Shown: in pieces, positions 20,237 to 29,904 of the stretch
Layout: the number at the start of each line of letters is the position of its first letter
How positions within the stretch are numbered: the stretch's first letter is position 1
Position numbers and translations under genes: made by a program
Notes under the pieces: model-generated
The model's database searches: none
What the model was told of the DNA's origin: nothing
Seen by the model: the letters and a program-made list of their open reading frames with translations, nothing else
NCBI GenBank assembly: GCA_030430245.1
Contig: JAUIFY010000001.1
Location: forward strand, 12,878-76,877
Source: a bacterium
Lineage (GTDB): Bacteria; Desulfobacterota; Binatia; UBA12015
Length of the DNA stretch: 64,000 nt
Direction: 5' to 3'

Positions 20237-21707
20237 TCGACGTCGCCATCGTGGGCGGCGGGCCGACGGGGGTCGTCGCCGCCAATCTCTGTGGGCAGTA
20301 TGGTCTCTCGGCCCTCGTGCTTGACCGCGAGCCCGACGTCTACGATCTTCCGCGCGCGGCCGGGATGCACGACGACGTCCAGCGCATCCTGGGCAACGCG
20401 GAGCTCCTGGACGCGGTCTTGCCGGGCACGGTCGAGCACGTCGGCGCGGAGTTCGTCGATCGCGACGGGAAGCGGCTGATCGGCATCGAGTTCCCCGGCT
20501 TGAACACGCCGAACGGCTTTCCGCCCGTCCTCGCGATCGCGCAGCCGGAGATCGAGCGCGCGCTCCGTGGACGGCTCGATCGATTCCCGGACGTCGAGCT
20601 CCGCGTCTCGCAGGAGCTGCGCGGCTTCGAGCAGCACGACGACCACGTCGAGCTTCACGTGCACGACCTCGCGCGGGACGAATCGCGAACCGTTCGTGCG
20701 CGCTGGCTCGTCGGTGCGGACGGGGCGAGCAGCTTCGTGCGCAAGAGCTGCGGCATCTCGTGGAACAGCCTCGGCTACGATCGCGAGTGGCTCGTCATCG
20801 ACGTCGAGCGCACCGCTCCGGTCGACCTGCCGCGCTTCGCGACCCAGGTGTGCGACCCGGCCCGCCCGACGACGATCGTCCCGATGCCGCCCCCGCTTCA
20901 TCGCTGGGAGTTCCAGCTCCGGCCGGGCGAGACCCGCGAGGAGATGGAGAGCCGCGATCGGGTTTGGGAGCTCTTGCGGCCCTGGATCTCGCGTGAGCAG
21001 GCGAACCTCCTGCGTGCGGTCGTGTACCGCTTTCACGCCACGATCGCGGAGACGTTCCGGTGCGGTCGAGTCTTCCTCGCGGGAGACGCCGCACATCAGA
21101 CGCCGCCGTTCATGGGCCAGGGGCTCTGCACGGGAGTGCGCGACGCGGAGAACTCGTCTGGAAGATGGCCGCGGTGAAGGCGGGCCTCGCGACGGACGCC
21201 CTCCTCGACACCTACTCCGAGGAACGACACCCGATGGCGGTCGCGATGGTGCAGCACTCGACGAACACCGGGAAGCTCATCGACGCGTACGCGGAGATGA
21301 CGGTGACGGGGGTACCGCCACCGGACGAGCTGATCCAGTACGGGTACGGCGGCAGCAAGCAGCTCCCCAGCCTCTCGACGGGGCTGCTCGGTGCGGGGGA
21401 GAGCCGGTGGATCGGTCAGCTCGTGCCCCAGTGCGTCGTCGCGAACGGTGCGACGTCGGGGACGTTCGACGAGGTCGCCGGAACCCAATGGGTCCTTCTC
21501 GCGAGGACCGATCCCCGTGGGCTGGTTTCCGCCGACCTGCGAGGGGCCTGGGAGAAGCTCGGCGCGGCGTTCCTCACACTCGAGGATCCGAATGCCGCGT
21601 CGTTGCTCGGGGACTCCGACGTCGCACTCATCCGCCCGGATCGCATCATCTTCTCGCTCGGCCCGGACGCGCGTCTCCCCGAGCCGTTCGCGCACGCCGC
21701 GACCTGA
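20233..21707 (+). pseudogene. MhpA-like FAD-dependent aromatic hydroxylase split by a 1-nt deletion (pseudogene or sequencing error)
   Basis: GGGPTG, VGADGASS, LAGDAAHQTPPFMGQGLCTGVRDAEN in one frame; VWKMAAV...LLDTYSEER...LIRPD in another. The junction GAG AAC TC GTC TGG at about 21151-21156 lacks one C of the expected N-L-V-W-K. Confidence 0.85.
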
Positions 21708-21750
21708 TTCTCGTTGCGTCCGGTCGGGCCGCGGCCATAGGCTCTCGGCC

Positions 21751-23553
21751 ATGACACTCCGAGCCCTGGTCGTCTCTCTCTCCCTGATCGGATTCGCCCT
21801 CACGGACGCGAACGCGAAGGTCTACCCGGTGAACACGTGCGTGAGCCGGAAGCAGCAGGAAGCAGCGAAGTACTGCCAAGCCTCGCTGCAGGCGTGGGGC
21901 AAGTGGGAGAGGAAGCAGGACGCCGCGGATCGGGACCAGAAGATCGCCGACGCCGCGACGAAGCTCGGCACGAAGTGGGTCGAGATCGAGGCGCAGTCGG
22001 CGGATCATGGTGTGGATTGCGCCGATACGACCCTCGCGTCGGCCGATGCGATCGCCACGATCGATGCCGAGGTCGCCGCGATCGTGGCGGACGTGAACGG
22101 CGGACTCGATCTCGGAGTGAAGGCCGACGCCCGGTGTGGCAAGAAGCTCCTCGCGGCGGCGGGCGCCCTGTGTCGCAAGGCGCTCTTCGCCGACGCCAAG
22201 CGCATCAAGAAGCCGAGCAAGGACGCCGACGGTGCGAAGCGCGACACGCGAGTGGACAAGGCCGTCGCCGCGGCCACGAAGGTCTTCGAGAAGCAGGTCG
22301 CGAAGGGCTGCCCGACGACCAGCGCGCCGCTCGATGCGAGCCACCCGGTCCTGACGAGCATCCGCGAGTCCATCGTCCGGGAAACCACGATCTCCCCAAA
22401 CGTCGACGATGCGCAGTTCTCGACGATCCTTCCCGTCGGCCCGATCGAGTACCTGGGGCAGCAGCTGACGCCGCGCTGTCTGAACGACGGAGCCTACCGC
22501 TACTTCGTCAAGCGCGGCAGCGTGAACAAGGTGCTCATGTACTACCAGGGCGGCGGTGCGTGTTGGGAGGGGCTCACGTGCGGCATCCCGGTCTGCGCGA
22601 ACACCGCCACCGCGGGCGATAACCCGCAGAACGCGTCGACCGGGTTCGCCGACCTCTCCAACCCGGACAATCCGTTCCGTGACTGGAACGTCGTCTTCGT
22701 GACGTACTGCTCGTGCGACATCCACTTCGGCGATTCCGAGCAGCAGTACACGCCGAGCCTCCTCGTGCAGCATCGCGGTTACCACAACGCGCGTGTGGCG
22801 GAGAAATGGGCGCGCGAGCACTTCGTCGATCCCGAAGTCGTCTTCGTCACGGGCTCGAGTGCCGGGGCCTACGGGGCGTGGTTCCACGGACCGTTGCTTC
22901 ACGACGTGTGGCCCGGTGCGCAGTTCCACATCCTGGCGGACGCGGGGAACGGCGTCATCACACAGGACTTTCTCGTGGAGTCGTTCCCGAACTGGAACTT
23001 CCGAGAGAACCTGCCGAAGGATGTCCCCGGTCTGCGGGAGGTCCTCGACTCCAACGAGGGAATCGTCGGCTACACCGAGCTCGCCGCGAGCTACTTCCCG
23101 AACACCAACTGGGCCCACTACACGACGGCATTCGACGGCGGAACGGGCGGACAGACCGGATTCTACAACGTCATGCTGAACGACAACGATCCGATCGCCG
23201 CCCTCAGCTGGTGGGAGGGGAGCTGCCAGTTCTTCGATCAGATGCTCACGCAGTCGCAGCAGACCGCGGCGCTCGTGCCGTCGAACTACCGCTACTACGT
23301 CGGAACCGGCTCCCGGCACACGATGTGGGGCAGCAACAAGGTCTACTCCGACACGACCGGCGGCGTTCCGGCGATCGTCGATTGGGTGAACGGCATGCTC
23401 GCGAGCGGCCCCGGTGCGCCGGATCCGGCGTGGACGAACGTCGAGTGCACGAACTGCGGTCTGACCCTGCCGGGCGACCCCACGCCGCCGGTGATCCCGA
23501 CGCCGCCCTTCGTGCAGCAGGGCTCGGACGTCGTCATCGACTGCGGGCCGTAG
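21751..23553 (+). CDS. Secreted pectinacetylesterase-family hydrolase with N-terminal Cys-containing helical domain
   Basis: Signal peptide; YQGGGACW, YCSCDIHFG, TGSSAGAYG nucleophile elbow, LADAG. Confidence 0.85.
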   Translation: MTLRALVVSLSLIGFALTDANAKVYPVNTCVSRKQQEAAKYCQASLQAWGKWERKQDAADRDQKIADAATKLGTKWVEIEAQSADHGVDCADTTLASADAIATIDAEVAAIVADVNGGLDLGVKADARCGKKLLAAAGALCRKALFADAKRIKKPSKDADGAKRDTRVDKAVAAATKVFEKQVAKGCPTTSAPLDASHPVLTSIRESIVRETTISPNVDDAQFSTILPVGPIEYLGQQLTPRCLNDGAYRYFVKRGSVNKVLMYYQGGGACWEGLTCGIPVCANTATAGDNPQNASTGFADLSNPDNPFRDWNVVFVTYCSCDIHFGDSEQQYTPSLLVQHRGYHNARVAEKWAREHFVDPEVVFVTGSSAGAYGAWFHGPLLHDVWPGAQFHILADAGNGVITQDFLVESFPNWNFRENLPKDVPGLREVLDSNEGIVGYTELAASYFPNTNWAHYTTAFDGGTGGQTGFYNVMLNDNDPIAALSWWEGSCQFFDQMLTQSQQTAALVPSNYRYYVGTGSRHTMWGSNKVYSDTTGGVPAIVDWVNGMLASGPGAPDPAWTNVECTNCGLTLPGDPTPPVIPTPPFVQQGSDVVIDCGP

Positions 23554-23711
23554 CCTCGCGACCCCTCGCCGGCTCCGGGGCCGAGTCCCGCGCCGTCGCG
23601 TGGGGAGAGAGAACGGTAGCCGAGCTCGCCGCCGAACGTGACCGGGGAGGCGTAGCCCTGGGTGGAGATGGTCGTCCTGCTTCGCCGAGAGCCGGCCGAC
23701 ACCGGCCCGAG

Positions 23712-23747
23712 GTGCCCATTCCTCGGCCAGTGCCCATCGCCTGGTCG
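23712..23747 (+). promoter_or_regulatory. Tandem NtrC-like enhancer sites
   Basis: GTGCCCAT repeated at 18-bp spacing (TGCCCATTCCTCGGCCA, TGCCCATCGCCTGGTCG), resembling TGCACCA-N3-TGGTGCA, 55-90 bp upstream of a sigma54 motif, with an A-tract between. Confidence 0.45.
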
Positions 23748-23800
23748 CCCTCGACGTCCGCGGGACACAAAAAGGGTCCGTCGGCGCGAGGGACCGCGGT

Positions 23801-23816
23801 CGGCACGACGGTTGCT
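23801..23816 (+). promoter_or_regulatory. Sigma54 (-24/-12) promoter, distal
   Basis: CGGCACG-ACGG-TTGCT; GG and GC exactly 10 nt apart. Confidence 0.7.
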
Positions 23817-23900
23817 CTCCTTCCGCGGCGCAGCGTTCCTCGGAGCGCCGTGACCCTTCAGGCTCGACGGAAAGGAGGCAGATAGAAGCGGTTGGTCGTC

Positions 23901-23937
23901 CGGGCGGCGCGGTGGTGCACGCACGCCGCGCCGCCCG
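23901..23937 (+). other. Strong hairpin in the leader of the ATP-grasp operon (attenuator or sRNA 3' end)
   Basis: Perfect 12-bp stem CGGGCGGCGCGG / CCGCGCCGCCCG, with possible further pairing inside the loop. Confidence 0.55.
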
Positions 23938-24070
23938 CCCTCTCGGCCGGTCGCTCCGCGCGCCCGTTTTCGTGGCAGGCCCGCGCCGTTGCTGCCTCGT
24001 TCTTGCACAGTACCTTCCGACTGCCCCGCGAAGAGTGAGTCGTCCTCTCGGGAAGTCCGCAGGTGTGGCC

Positions 24071-24086
24071 TGGTACGCTCGTTGCG
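24071..24086 (+). promoter_or_regulatory. Sigma54 (-24/-12) promoter, proximal
   Basis: TGGTACG-CTCG-TTGCG with correct spacing; predicted +1 near 24097, 4 nt before an ATG that has no SD. Confidence 0.55.
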
Positions 24087-24100
24087 ACTACGCTCGACCC

Positions 24101-25600
24101 ATGGACCGGGATTACACCTTCACGAACTACGACCCGGGCGAGTTCTACGACGAGCTCTTCGACGCCGACGGGAACGCTCGCTCCGACGTCGGCCCGCTCG
24201 TCGAGCAGATCGACGCCCTCGCGCCGGGCGAGCTCGCCGAGCGGCAGCAGTCGATCGAGCGAGCGCTCCTGCGGATGGGCATCACCTTCGCCGTCTACGG
24301 GGACGAAGAGGGAACCGACAAGATCTTCCCGTTCGACATCGTTCCCCGGATCGTCTCCGGTCAGGAGTGGCTCCGGGTCGAAGCCGGCCTCGGGCAGCGG
24401 ATCCGGGCTCTGAACCACTTCATCGGAGACGTCTACGGCGCGCAGAACATCGTCCGGGACGGCGTGTTGCCCGGCGAGATCCTGAGCGAGGCGAAATCGT
24501 TCCGGGAGGTCTGTCGAGGTCTGGAGCCGCCGCGGGGGATCTGGTGCCACGTGACCGGGACGGACCTGGTGCGCGACGCCGACGGCACACTGTACGTGCT
24601 CGAGGACAACCTCCGTTGCCCGTCCGGAGTCTCCTACGTTCTCCAGAACCGTCTCCTCATGAAGCGCAGCTTCCCGGAGATCTTCCAGGCGTCGCAGGTT
24701 CGGCCGGTGATCGACTATCCCCACCGCTTGTACCGCACCCTCCAGTACCTGGCGCCCGATCACATCGACGACGCGACGATCGTCGTGCTCACGCCGGGCA
24801 TCTACAACTCTGCCTACTACGAGCACTCCTTCCTCGCGCAGCAGATGGGCGTGGAGCTCGTCGAGGGCCGGGACCTCGTGGTGAAGGACGGCTTCGTCTT
24901 CATGCAGACCACCGATGGTCTGCAGCGGGTCGACGTCATCTACCGGAGGATCGACGACGACTTCATCGATCCCGAGGCGTTTCGCGAGGACTCGATGCTC
25001 GGTGTGCCCGGGCTGATGAACGTCTACCGCCAGGGTCGTGTCGCGCTGGCCAACGCGCCCGGCACGGGCATCGCCGACGACAAGGTCATCTACGCGTTCG
25101 TTCCCGACATGATTCGCTACTACCTCGGCGAGGATCCGATCCTGCCGAACGTTCCGACGTACGTCTGCGCGCGCGAAGACGACCGCCGCTACGTTCTCGA
25201 TCATCTGGGCGAGCTGGTCGTGAAGCCCGCCAACGAGGCGGGCGGGTACGGAATGCTCATCGGCCCCCACTCCTCCGAGGGGGAGCGGGCCGAGTTCGCG
25301 GACCGCATCCGCGCGAATCCGCGCAACTACATCGCGCAGCCGACGCTCTCCCTTTCCCGGGTGCCGACGCTCGTCGGCGGTCACTTCGAGGGACGCCACG
25401 TCGACCTGCGACCGTACATCCTCTTCGGAGAAGACACCTGGGTTCTGCCGGGAGGCCTCACGCGTGTCGCGTTGCGAAAGGGGTCCCTGGTCGTCAACTC
25501 CTCGCAGGGGGGCGGAAGCAAGGACACGTGGGTGCTGGCGCTCTCGCCCGGCGAGGCGGCGGCCGCGGACGACCATCTCTCCGAGCGAACGGAGGCGTGA
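24101..25600 (+). CDS. Circularly permuted type 2 ATP-grasp protein (predicted peptide/amide ligase)
   Basis: [74 protein letters not shown]. Confidence 0.93.
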   Translation: MDRDYTFTNYDPGEFYDELFDADGNARSDVGPLVEQIDALAPGELAERQQSIERALLRMGITFAVYGDEEGTDKIFPFDIVPRIVSGQEWLRVEAGLGQRIRALNHFIGDVYGAQNIVRDGVLPGEILSEAKSFREVCRGLEPPRGIWCHVTGTDLVRDADGTLYVLEDNLRCPSGVSYVLQNRLLMKRSFPEIFQASQVRPVIDYPHRLYRTLQYLAPDHIDDATIVVLTPGIYNSAYYEHSFLAQQMGVELVEGRDLVVKDGFVFMQTTDGLQRVDVIYRRIDDDFIDPEAFREDSMLGVPGLMNVYRQGRVALANAPGTGIADDKVIYAFVPDMIRYYLGEDPILPNVPTYVCAREDDRRYVLDHLGELVVKPANEAGGYGMLIGPHSSEGERAEFADRIRANPRNYIAQPTLSLSRVPTLVGGHFEGRHVDLRPYILFGEDTWVLPGGLTRVALRKGSLVVNSSQGGGSKDTWVLALSPGEAAAADDHLSERTEA

Positions 25601-25603
25601 GCC

Positions 25604-26581
25604 ATGCTGTCCCGGGTCGCGAACTCGATCTACTGGATGGCCCGCTACGTGGAGCGGGCCGAGAACCTGGCTCGCTTCGTCGACGTGAACCTGAGCCTCA
25701 TTCTGGACCAGCCGGCCGGGACCGAGCCGCAATGGCAGCCTCTCGTCGCCGCCACCGGAGAGAGCAAGGCCTTCGCCGAGCGCTACGGTGCGGCGACGCC
25801 GGAGAGCGTGGTGCAGTTTCTGACGTTCGATCGCAAGTATCCGAGCTCGATGCTCGCGAGTCTGGAGGTGGCACGGGAGAACGCCAGAACGGTTCGTGAG
25901 GCCATCTCCTCCGAAGCCTGGGAGCAGCTGAACGACTTCTACCACTTCGTTCGCGCGGCGGAGCGCGACGTGAAGCGAGGTGACGCGCTCTCGCAATTCT
26001 ATCAGTCGGTGAAGCAGCACAGCCATCTCTTCTCGGGCGTCCTCGACGCGACGATGTCTCACGGCGAGGGGTGGCACTTCGCGAATCTCGGGCGACTGCT
26101 CGAGCGCGCGGACATGACGAGCCGAATCCTCGACGTGAAGTACTTCACCCTCCTGCCCCGTATCGAGGCCGTGGGGACCACCGTGGACGACCTCCAGTGG
26201 TCGGCCGTTCTGCGGTCGGTCAGCGGATTCGAGGTCTACCGCAAGCGCCATCATGCGATTACCATCGAGCGCATCGTGGGCTTCCTCGTACTCGACAATG
26301 AATTCCCCCGTGCCATCCATGCGTGCGTGACCCGCGCGGACGAGTCGCTCCACCGGATCTCGGGCAGTCCGGTGGGCTCGTACCGGAACGCGGCAGAGCA
26401 GAGCTTGGGCCGCCTTCGCTCCGAGCTCGACTACTCCGACGTCGCGACGATCGTCGACATGGGCTTGCACGAGTTCATCGACGGCCTGCAGACGCGGCTG
26501 AACCGCATCGACGAGAACGTTCGCTCGACGTTCTTCGCCCCGCGCCCCGTCGCGGTGCAAACGCAGCGCGCCTGGAGCTGA
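25604..26581 (+). CDS. Alpha-E domain protein (DUF403)
   Basis: MLSRVANSIYWMARYVERAEN and LGRLLERAD ER motifs; ARENARTVRE; FPRA. Confidence 0.93.
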   Translation: MLSRVANSIYWMARYVERAENLARFVDVNLSLILDQPAGTEPQWQPLVAATGESKAFAERYGAATPESVVQFLTFDRKYPSSMLASLEVARENARTVREAISSEAWEQLNDFYHFVRAAERDVKRGDALSQFYQSVKQHSHLFSGVLDATMSHGEGWHFANLGRLLERADMTSRILDVKYFTLLPRIEAVGTTVDDLQWSAVLRSVSGFEVYRKRHHAITIERIVGFLVLDNEFPRAIHACVTRADESLHRISGSPVGSYRNAAEQSLGRLRSELDYSDVATIVDMGLHEFIDGLQTRLNRIDENVRSTFFAPRPVAVQTQRAWS

Positions 26582-26586
26582 GCGTC

Positions 26587-29500
26587 GTGGCCATTCGCGT
26601 CGCGCTGCACCATCGAACGTCCTATCGGTACGACCGGCCGGTGAGGCTCGGCCCGCAGGTGGTGCGCCTGCGTCCCGCACCTCATTGCCGCACACCGGTC
26701 CCGAGCTACTCGCTGGTGGTTCGTCCTTCCGAGCACTTCGTGAACTGGCAGCAGGACCCGCACGGGAACTACCTCGCGCGGCTGGTCTTCCCCGAGCCGG
26801 CGGAGGAGTTCTCGGTCGAGGTCGACCTCACGGCCGACCTCACCGTCCACAATCCGTTCGATTTCTTCCTGGAGGAGTCGGCGCGGCACGTTCCGTTCGG
26901 CTACGACGAGAGCGTCGCGATGGACCTGCGTCCGTTCCTCGAGGCCGAGGCGCCGGGCCCGCTCCTGCGGCAGTTCCTCGCGTCGATCGACCTCTCGACG
27001 CCGACGACCACGGTGGATTTCCTGGTGGACCTGAATCGACGGGTCTCCGAGGAGGTCCGCTACCTCGTACGCATGGAGCCGGGCGTGCAGACCCCGGAAG
27101 AGACGCTGCGCATCGGGTCGGGCTCGTGCCGCGACTCGGGCTGGCTCCTCGTGCAGGTGCTCCGGCATCTCGGTCTCGCCGCGCGGTTCGTGTCCGGCTA
27201 TCTGATCCAGCTCGTCGCCGATCAGAAATCGCTCGACGGTCCGTCGGGCCCGCCCGCCGATTTCACCGATCTGCACGCGTGGGCGGAGGTGTACCTGCCC
27301 GGAGCCGGCTGGGTCGGACTCGACCCGACGTCGGGCCTGCTCGCGGGGGAGGGGCATCTCCCGCTCGCCTGCACGCCGGTGCCGGGGAGCGCCGCCCCGA
27401 TCTCGGGTGCGGTCGACCGCGCCGAGGTGGAGTTCGAGTTCGACATGAAGGTCGAGCGGATCCACGAGGATCCGCGCGTGACGAAGCCCTACACCGAGGA
27501 GCAATGGGCCGAGATCGACCGGCTCGGTCGCGCGGTCGACGAGCGGCTCGAGCGCGGCGGTGTTCGTCTGACGATGGGGGGCGAGCCGACCTTCGTCTCG
27601 ATCGACGACTTCGACGGAGAAGAGTGGACGATCGCCGCGCTGGGCCCCGAGAAGCTGCGTCTCGCCCAGCGCCTCCTGAAGCGGTTGAAGCGGCGGTTCG
27701 CGACGGGTGGGGTTCTGCAGAACGCGCAGGGGAAGTGGTATCCCGGAGAGCCGCTGCCGCGTTGGGCGCTCGGCTGCTACTGGCGTCGCGATGGCGTGCC
27801 GCTGTGGCAGGACGACGATCTCTTCGCCGACGAGGAGGCGCCGGGACGATTCGACGCGTCTCACGCGGAGCGGCTCGCGGCGGAGATCGCGGCGCGACTG
27901 TCGGTCGATGATCGCTTCCTCGTGCCGGCGTTCGAGGACGCCGTCTATCACCTCTGGGTCGAGAACCGACTCCCGACCGACATCGACGTGGGCGACGAGC
28001 GCCTGGCCGACGACAGCGAGCGTCGTCGGCTGGCCCGGATCCTGGACCAGGGCCTCCATCGCCCGGTGGGGCACGTCTTGCCGCTGCGGCGCGCGTGGTG
28101 GAGCGAGGGCGACCCGTGGCAGTCCGGTGCGTGGCCGGTGCGCGCCGAGCGGATGTTTCTCGTTCCGGGCGATTCCCCCATGGGACTCCGGCTCCCGCTG
28201 GATTCGCTGCCGTTCGCGACGCGCGCCCACGAGCCGTATCCGCAGGACCCGATGGCGCCGCGTTCCGCGCTCTCCCCGCGGCCCGAGGCCCGACGTCCCC
28301 TGGAGCAGGCCCGCGACTGGAGCGGAGACGACGACCGCGACGAGGACGACGCGGTCGCGCGCCGCTCCCGACCCGAGCCCTCGGACGAGATCCGCACCGG
28401 TCTGTGCGTGGAGCCCCGGGAGGGGCGCCTCAACGTGTTCCTGCCGCCGGTGGATCGATTGGAGGACTACGTCGACCTGGTGCAGGCGGTCGAGGGCGCG
28501 GCGCGCGCCTTGTCGATGCCGGTGGCCCTCGAGGGGTACCCGCCCCCGAGCGACTCCCGGCTGCGCCGGCTCCAGCTGACCCCGGATCCCGGCGTCATCG
28601 AGGTGAACATCCAGCCGTCGTCGTCGTGGCAGGAGCTGATCGACACGACGGAGGGCTTGTACGAAGACGCGAGGCTGAGCCGCCTCACGACGGAGAAGTT
28701 CGACCTCGACGGGAGTCACACGGGCACCGGAGGCGGGAATCACGTCGTCCTCGGCGCCGAGACGACCGACGAGAGCCCGTTCCTGCGCCGACCGCGCCTC
28801 CTGCGAAGCCTGCTCGGGTTCTGGCAGAACCACCCGTCGCTCTCCTATCTCTTCAGCGGCAAGTTCGTGGGGCCGACGAGTCAGGCGCCGCGCGTCGACG
28901 AGGGACGCACGGATGCGCTGTACGAGTTGGAGGTCGCGTTCGCGGAGATCGCGGCGCTGCCCGAGGACAGCCCTCCGTGGAAGGTGGACCGGATCTTCCG
29001 GCACCTGCTCACGGACCTGACGGGCAACACGCATCGCGCCGAGTTCAGCATCGACAAGCTGTACTCTCCGGACCAGTCGACCGGTCGTCTCGGCCTTCTG
29101 GAGATGCGCGGCTTCGAGATGCCGCCCCACGCGCGGATGAGCCTGACGCAGCAGCTTCTCGTCCGCTCGCTCGTCGCCCGGTTCTGGGACGAGCCCTACG
29201 ACACGCCTCCCACGGACTGGGGGACGGCCCTCCACGATCGGTTCCTGCTCCCCCACTACGCCTGGCGGGATTTCTGCAACGTGCTCGAGGATCTCGGTCG
29301 CGCGGGCTTCCCCTTCGAGCCCGAGTGGTTCCACTCTCACTTCGAGTTCCGCTTCCCCGTTCTGGGGCGCGTCTCGTACGACGACGTCGAGCTCGAGCTG
29401 CGTTCCGCCATCGAACCGTGGTACGTTCTCGGCGAAGAGCCGGTCGGAGGTGCTACGGCGCGGTTCGTCGACTCTTCGGTGGAGAGACTGCAGGTGAGAG

Positions 29501-29904
29501 TGAGCGGGTTCTCGGGCGAGCGCTTCGTGCTCGCGTGCAACGGTCGGCGCGTGCCGCTCGCGACGACCGGGGCGTCGGGGGAGCACGTCGCCGGCGTGCG
29601 CTACCGGGCGTGGGCGCCGCCGAGCTGCCTCCATCCGACGATTCCCCGCCACGCGCCGTTGCGGTTCGATCTCGTCGATACCTGGAGCGGTCGCGTCGCG
29701 ACCGGTGCGGAGTATCACGTCGGACACCCGGGCGGGCGTCACTTCGACACGTTCCCGGTCAACGCGAACGAGGCCGAGGGGCGCCGTTCGGCGCGCTTCG
29801 TTCCCACCGTCCACTCGGCCGGGACGGTCGAGATCCCTCCGGCCGAGTACAATCCCAAATTCCCGACGACGCTGGATCTCCGCCGCCCGACGAGGGCCGC
29901 GTGA
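26587..29904 (+). CDS. Transglutaminase-like protein fused to DUF2126 putative amidoligase domain
   Basis: N-terminal Bact_transglu_N; triad GSCRDS / HAWAE / LDPT; LTMGGEPTF, TPDPGVIEVN, GTGGGNH, GNTHRAEF, EMRGFEMPPH. Confidence 0.92.
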   Translation: MAIRVALHHRTSYRYDRPVRLGPQVVRLRPAPHCRTPVPSYSLVVRPSEHFVNWQQDPHGNYLARLVFPEPAEEFSVEVDLTADLTVHNPFDFFLEESARHVPFGYDESVAMDLRPFLEAEAPGPLLRQFLASIDLSTPTTTVDFLVDLNRRVSEEVRYLVRMEPGVQTPEETLRIGSGSCRDSGWLLVQVLRHLGLAARFVSGYLIQLVADQKSLDGPSGPPADFTDLHAWAEVYLPGAGWVGLDPTSGLLAGEGHLPLACTPVPGSAAPISGAVDRAEVEFEFDMKVERIHEDPRVTKPYTEEQWAEIDRLGRAVDERLERGGVRLTMGGEPTFVSIDDFDGEEWTIAALGPEKLRLAQRLLKRLKRRFATGGVLQNAQGKWYPGEPLPRWALGCYWRRDGVPLWQDDDLFADEEAPGRFDASHAERLAAEIAARLSVDDRFLVPAFEDAVYHLWVENRLPTDIDVGDERLADDSERRRLARILDQGLHRPVGHVLPLRRAWWSEGDPWQSGAWPVRAERMFLVPGDSPMGLRLPLDSLPFATRAHEPYPQDPMAPRSALSPRPEARRPLEQARDWSGDDDRDEDDAVARRSRPEPSDEIRTGLCVEPREGRLNVFLPPVDRLEDYVDLVQAVEGAARALSMPVALEGYPPPSDSRLRRLQLTPDPGVIEVNIQPSSSWQELIDTTEGLYEDARLSRLTTEKFDLDGSHTGTGGGNHVVLGAETTDESPFLRRPRLLRSLLGFWQNHPSLSYLFSGKFVGPTSQAPRVDEGRTDALYELEVAFAEIAALPEDSPPWKVDRIFRHLLTDLTGNTHRAEFSIDKLYSPDQSTGRLGLLEMRGFEMPPHARMSLTQQLLVRSLVARFWDEPYDTPPTDWGTALHDRFLLPHYAWRDFCNVLEDLGRAGFPFEPEWFHSHFEFRFPVLGRVSYDDVELELRSAIEPWYVLGEEPVGGATARFVDSSVERLQVRVSGFSGERFVLACNGRRVPLATTGASGEHVAGVRYRAWAPPSCLHPTIPRHAPLRFDLVDTWSGRVATGAEYHVGHPGGRHFDTFPVNANEAEGRRSARFVPTVHSAGTVEIPPAEYNPKFPTTLDLRRPTRAA

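Noticed and set aside
23832..23895. glnA/glutamine riboswitch
   Set aside because: Only CGTTC and GACGGAA resemble it; the AGTA and closing GAAGGAACG elements are missing, so it is not annotated
23972..23993. Third sigma54-like motif TGGCAGG...TTGCT
   Set aside because: GG-to-GC spacing is 15 nt, not 10
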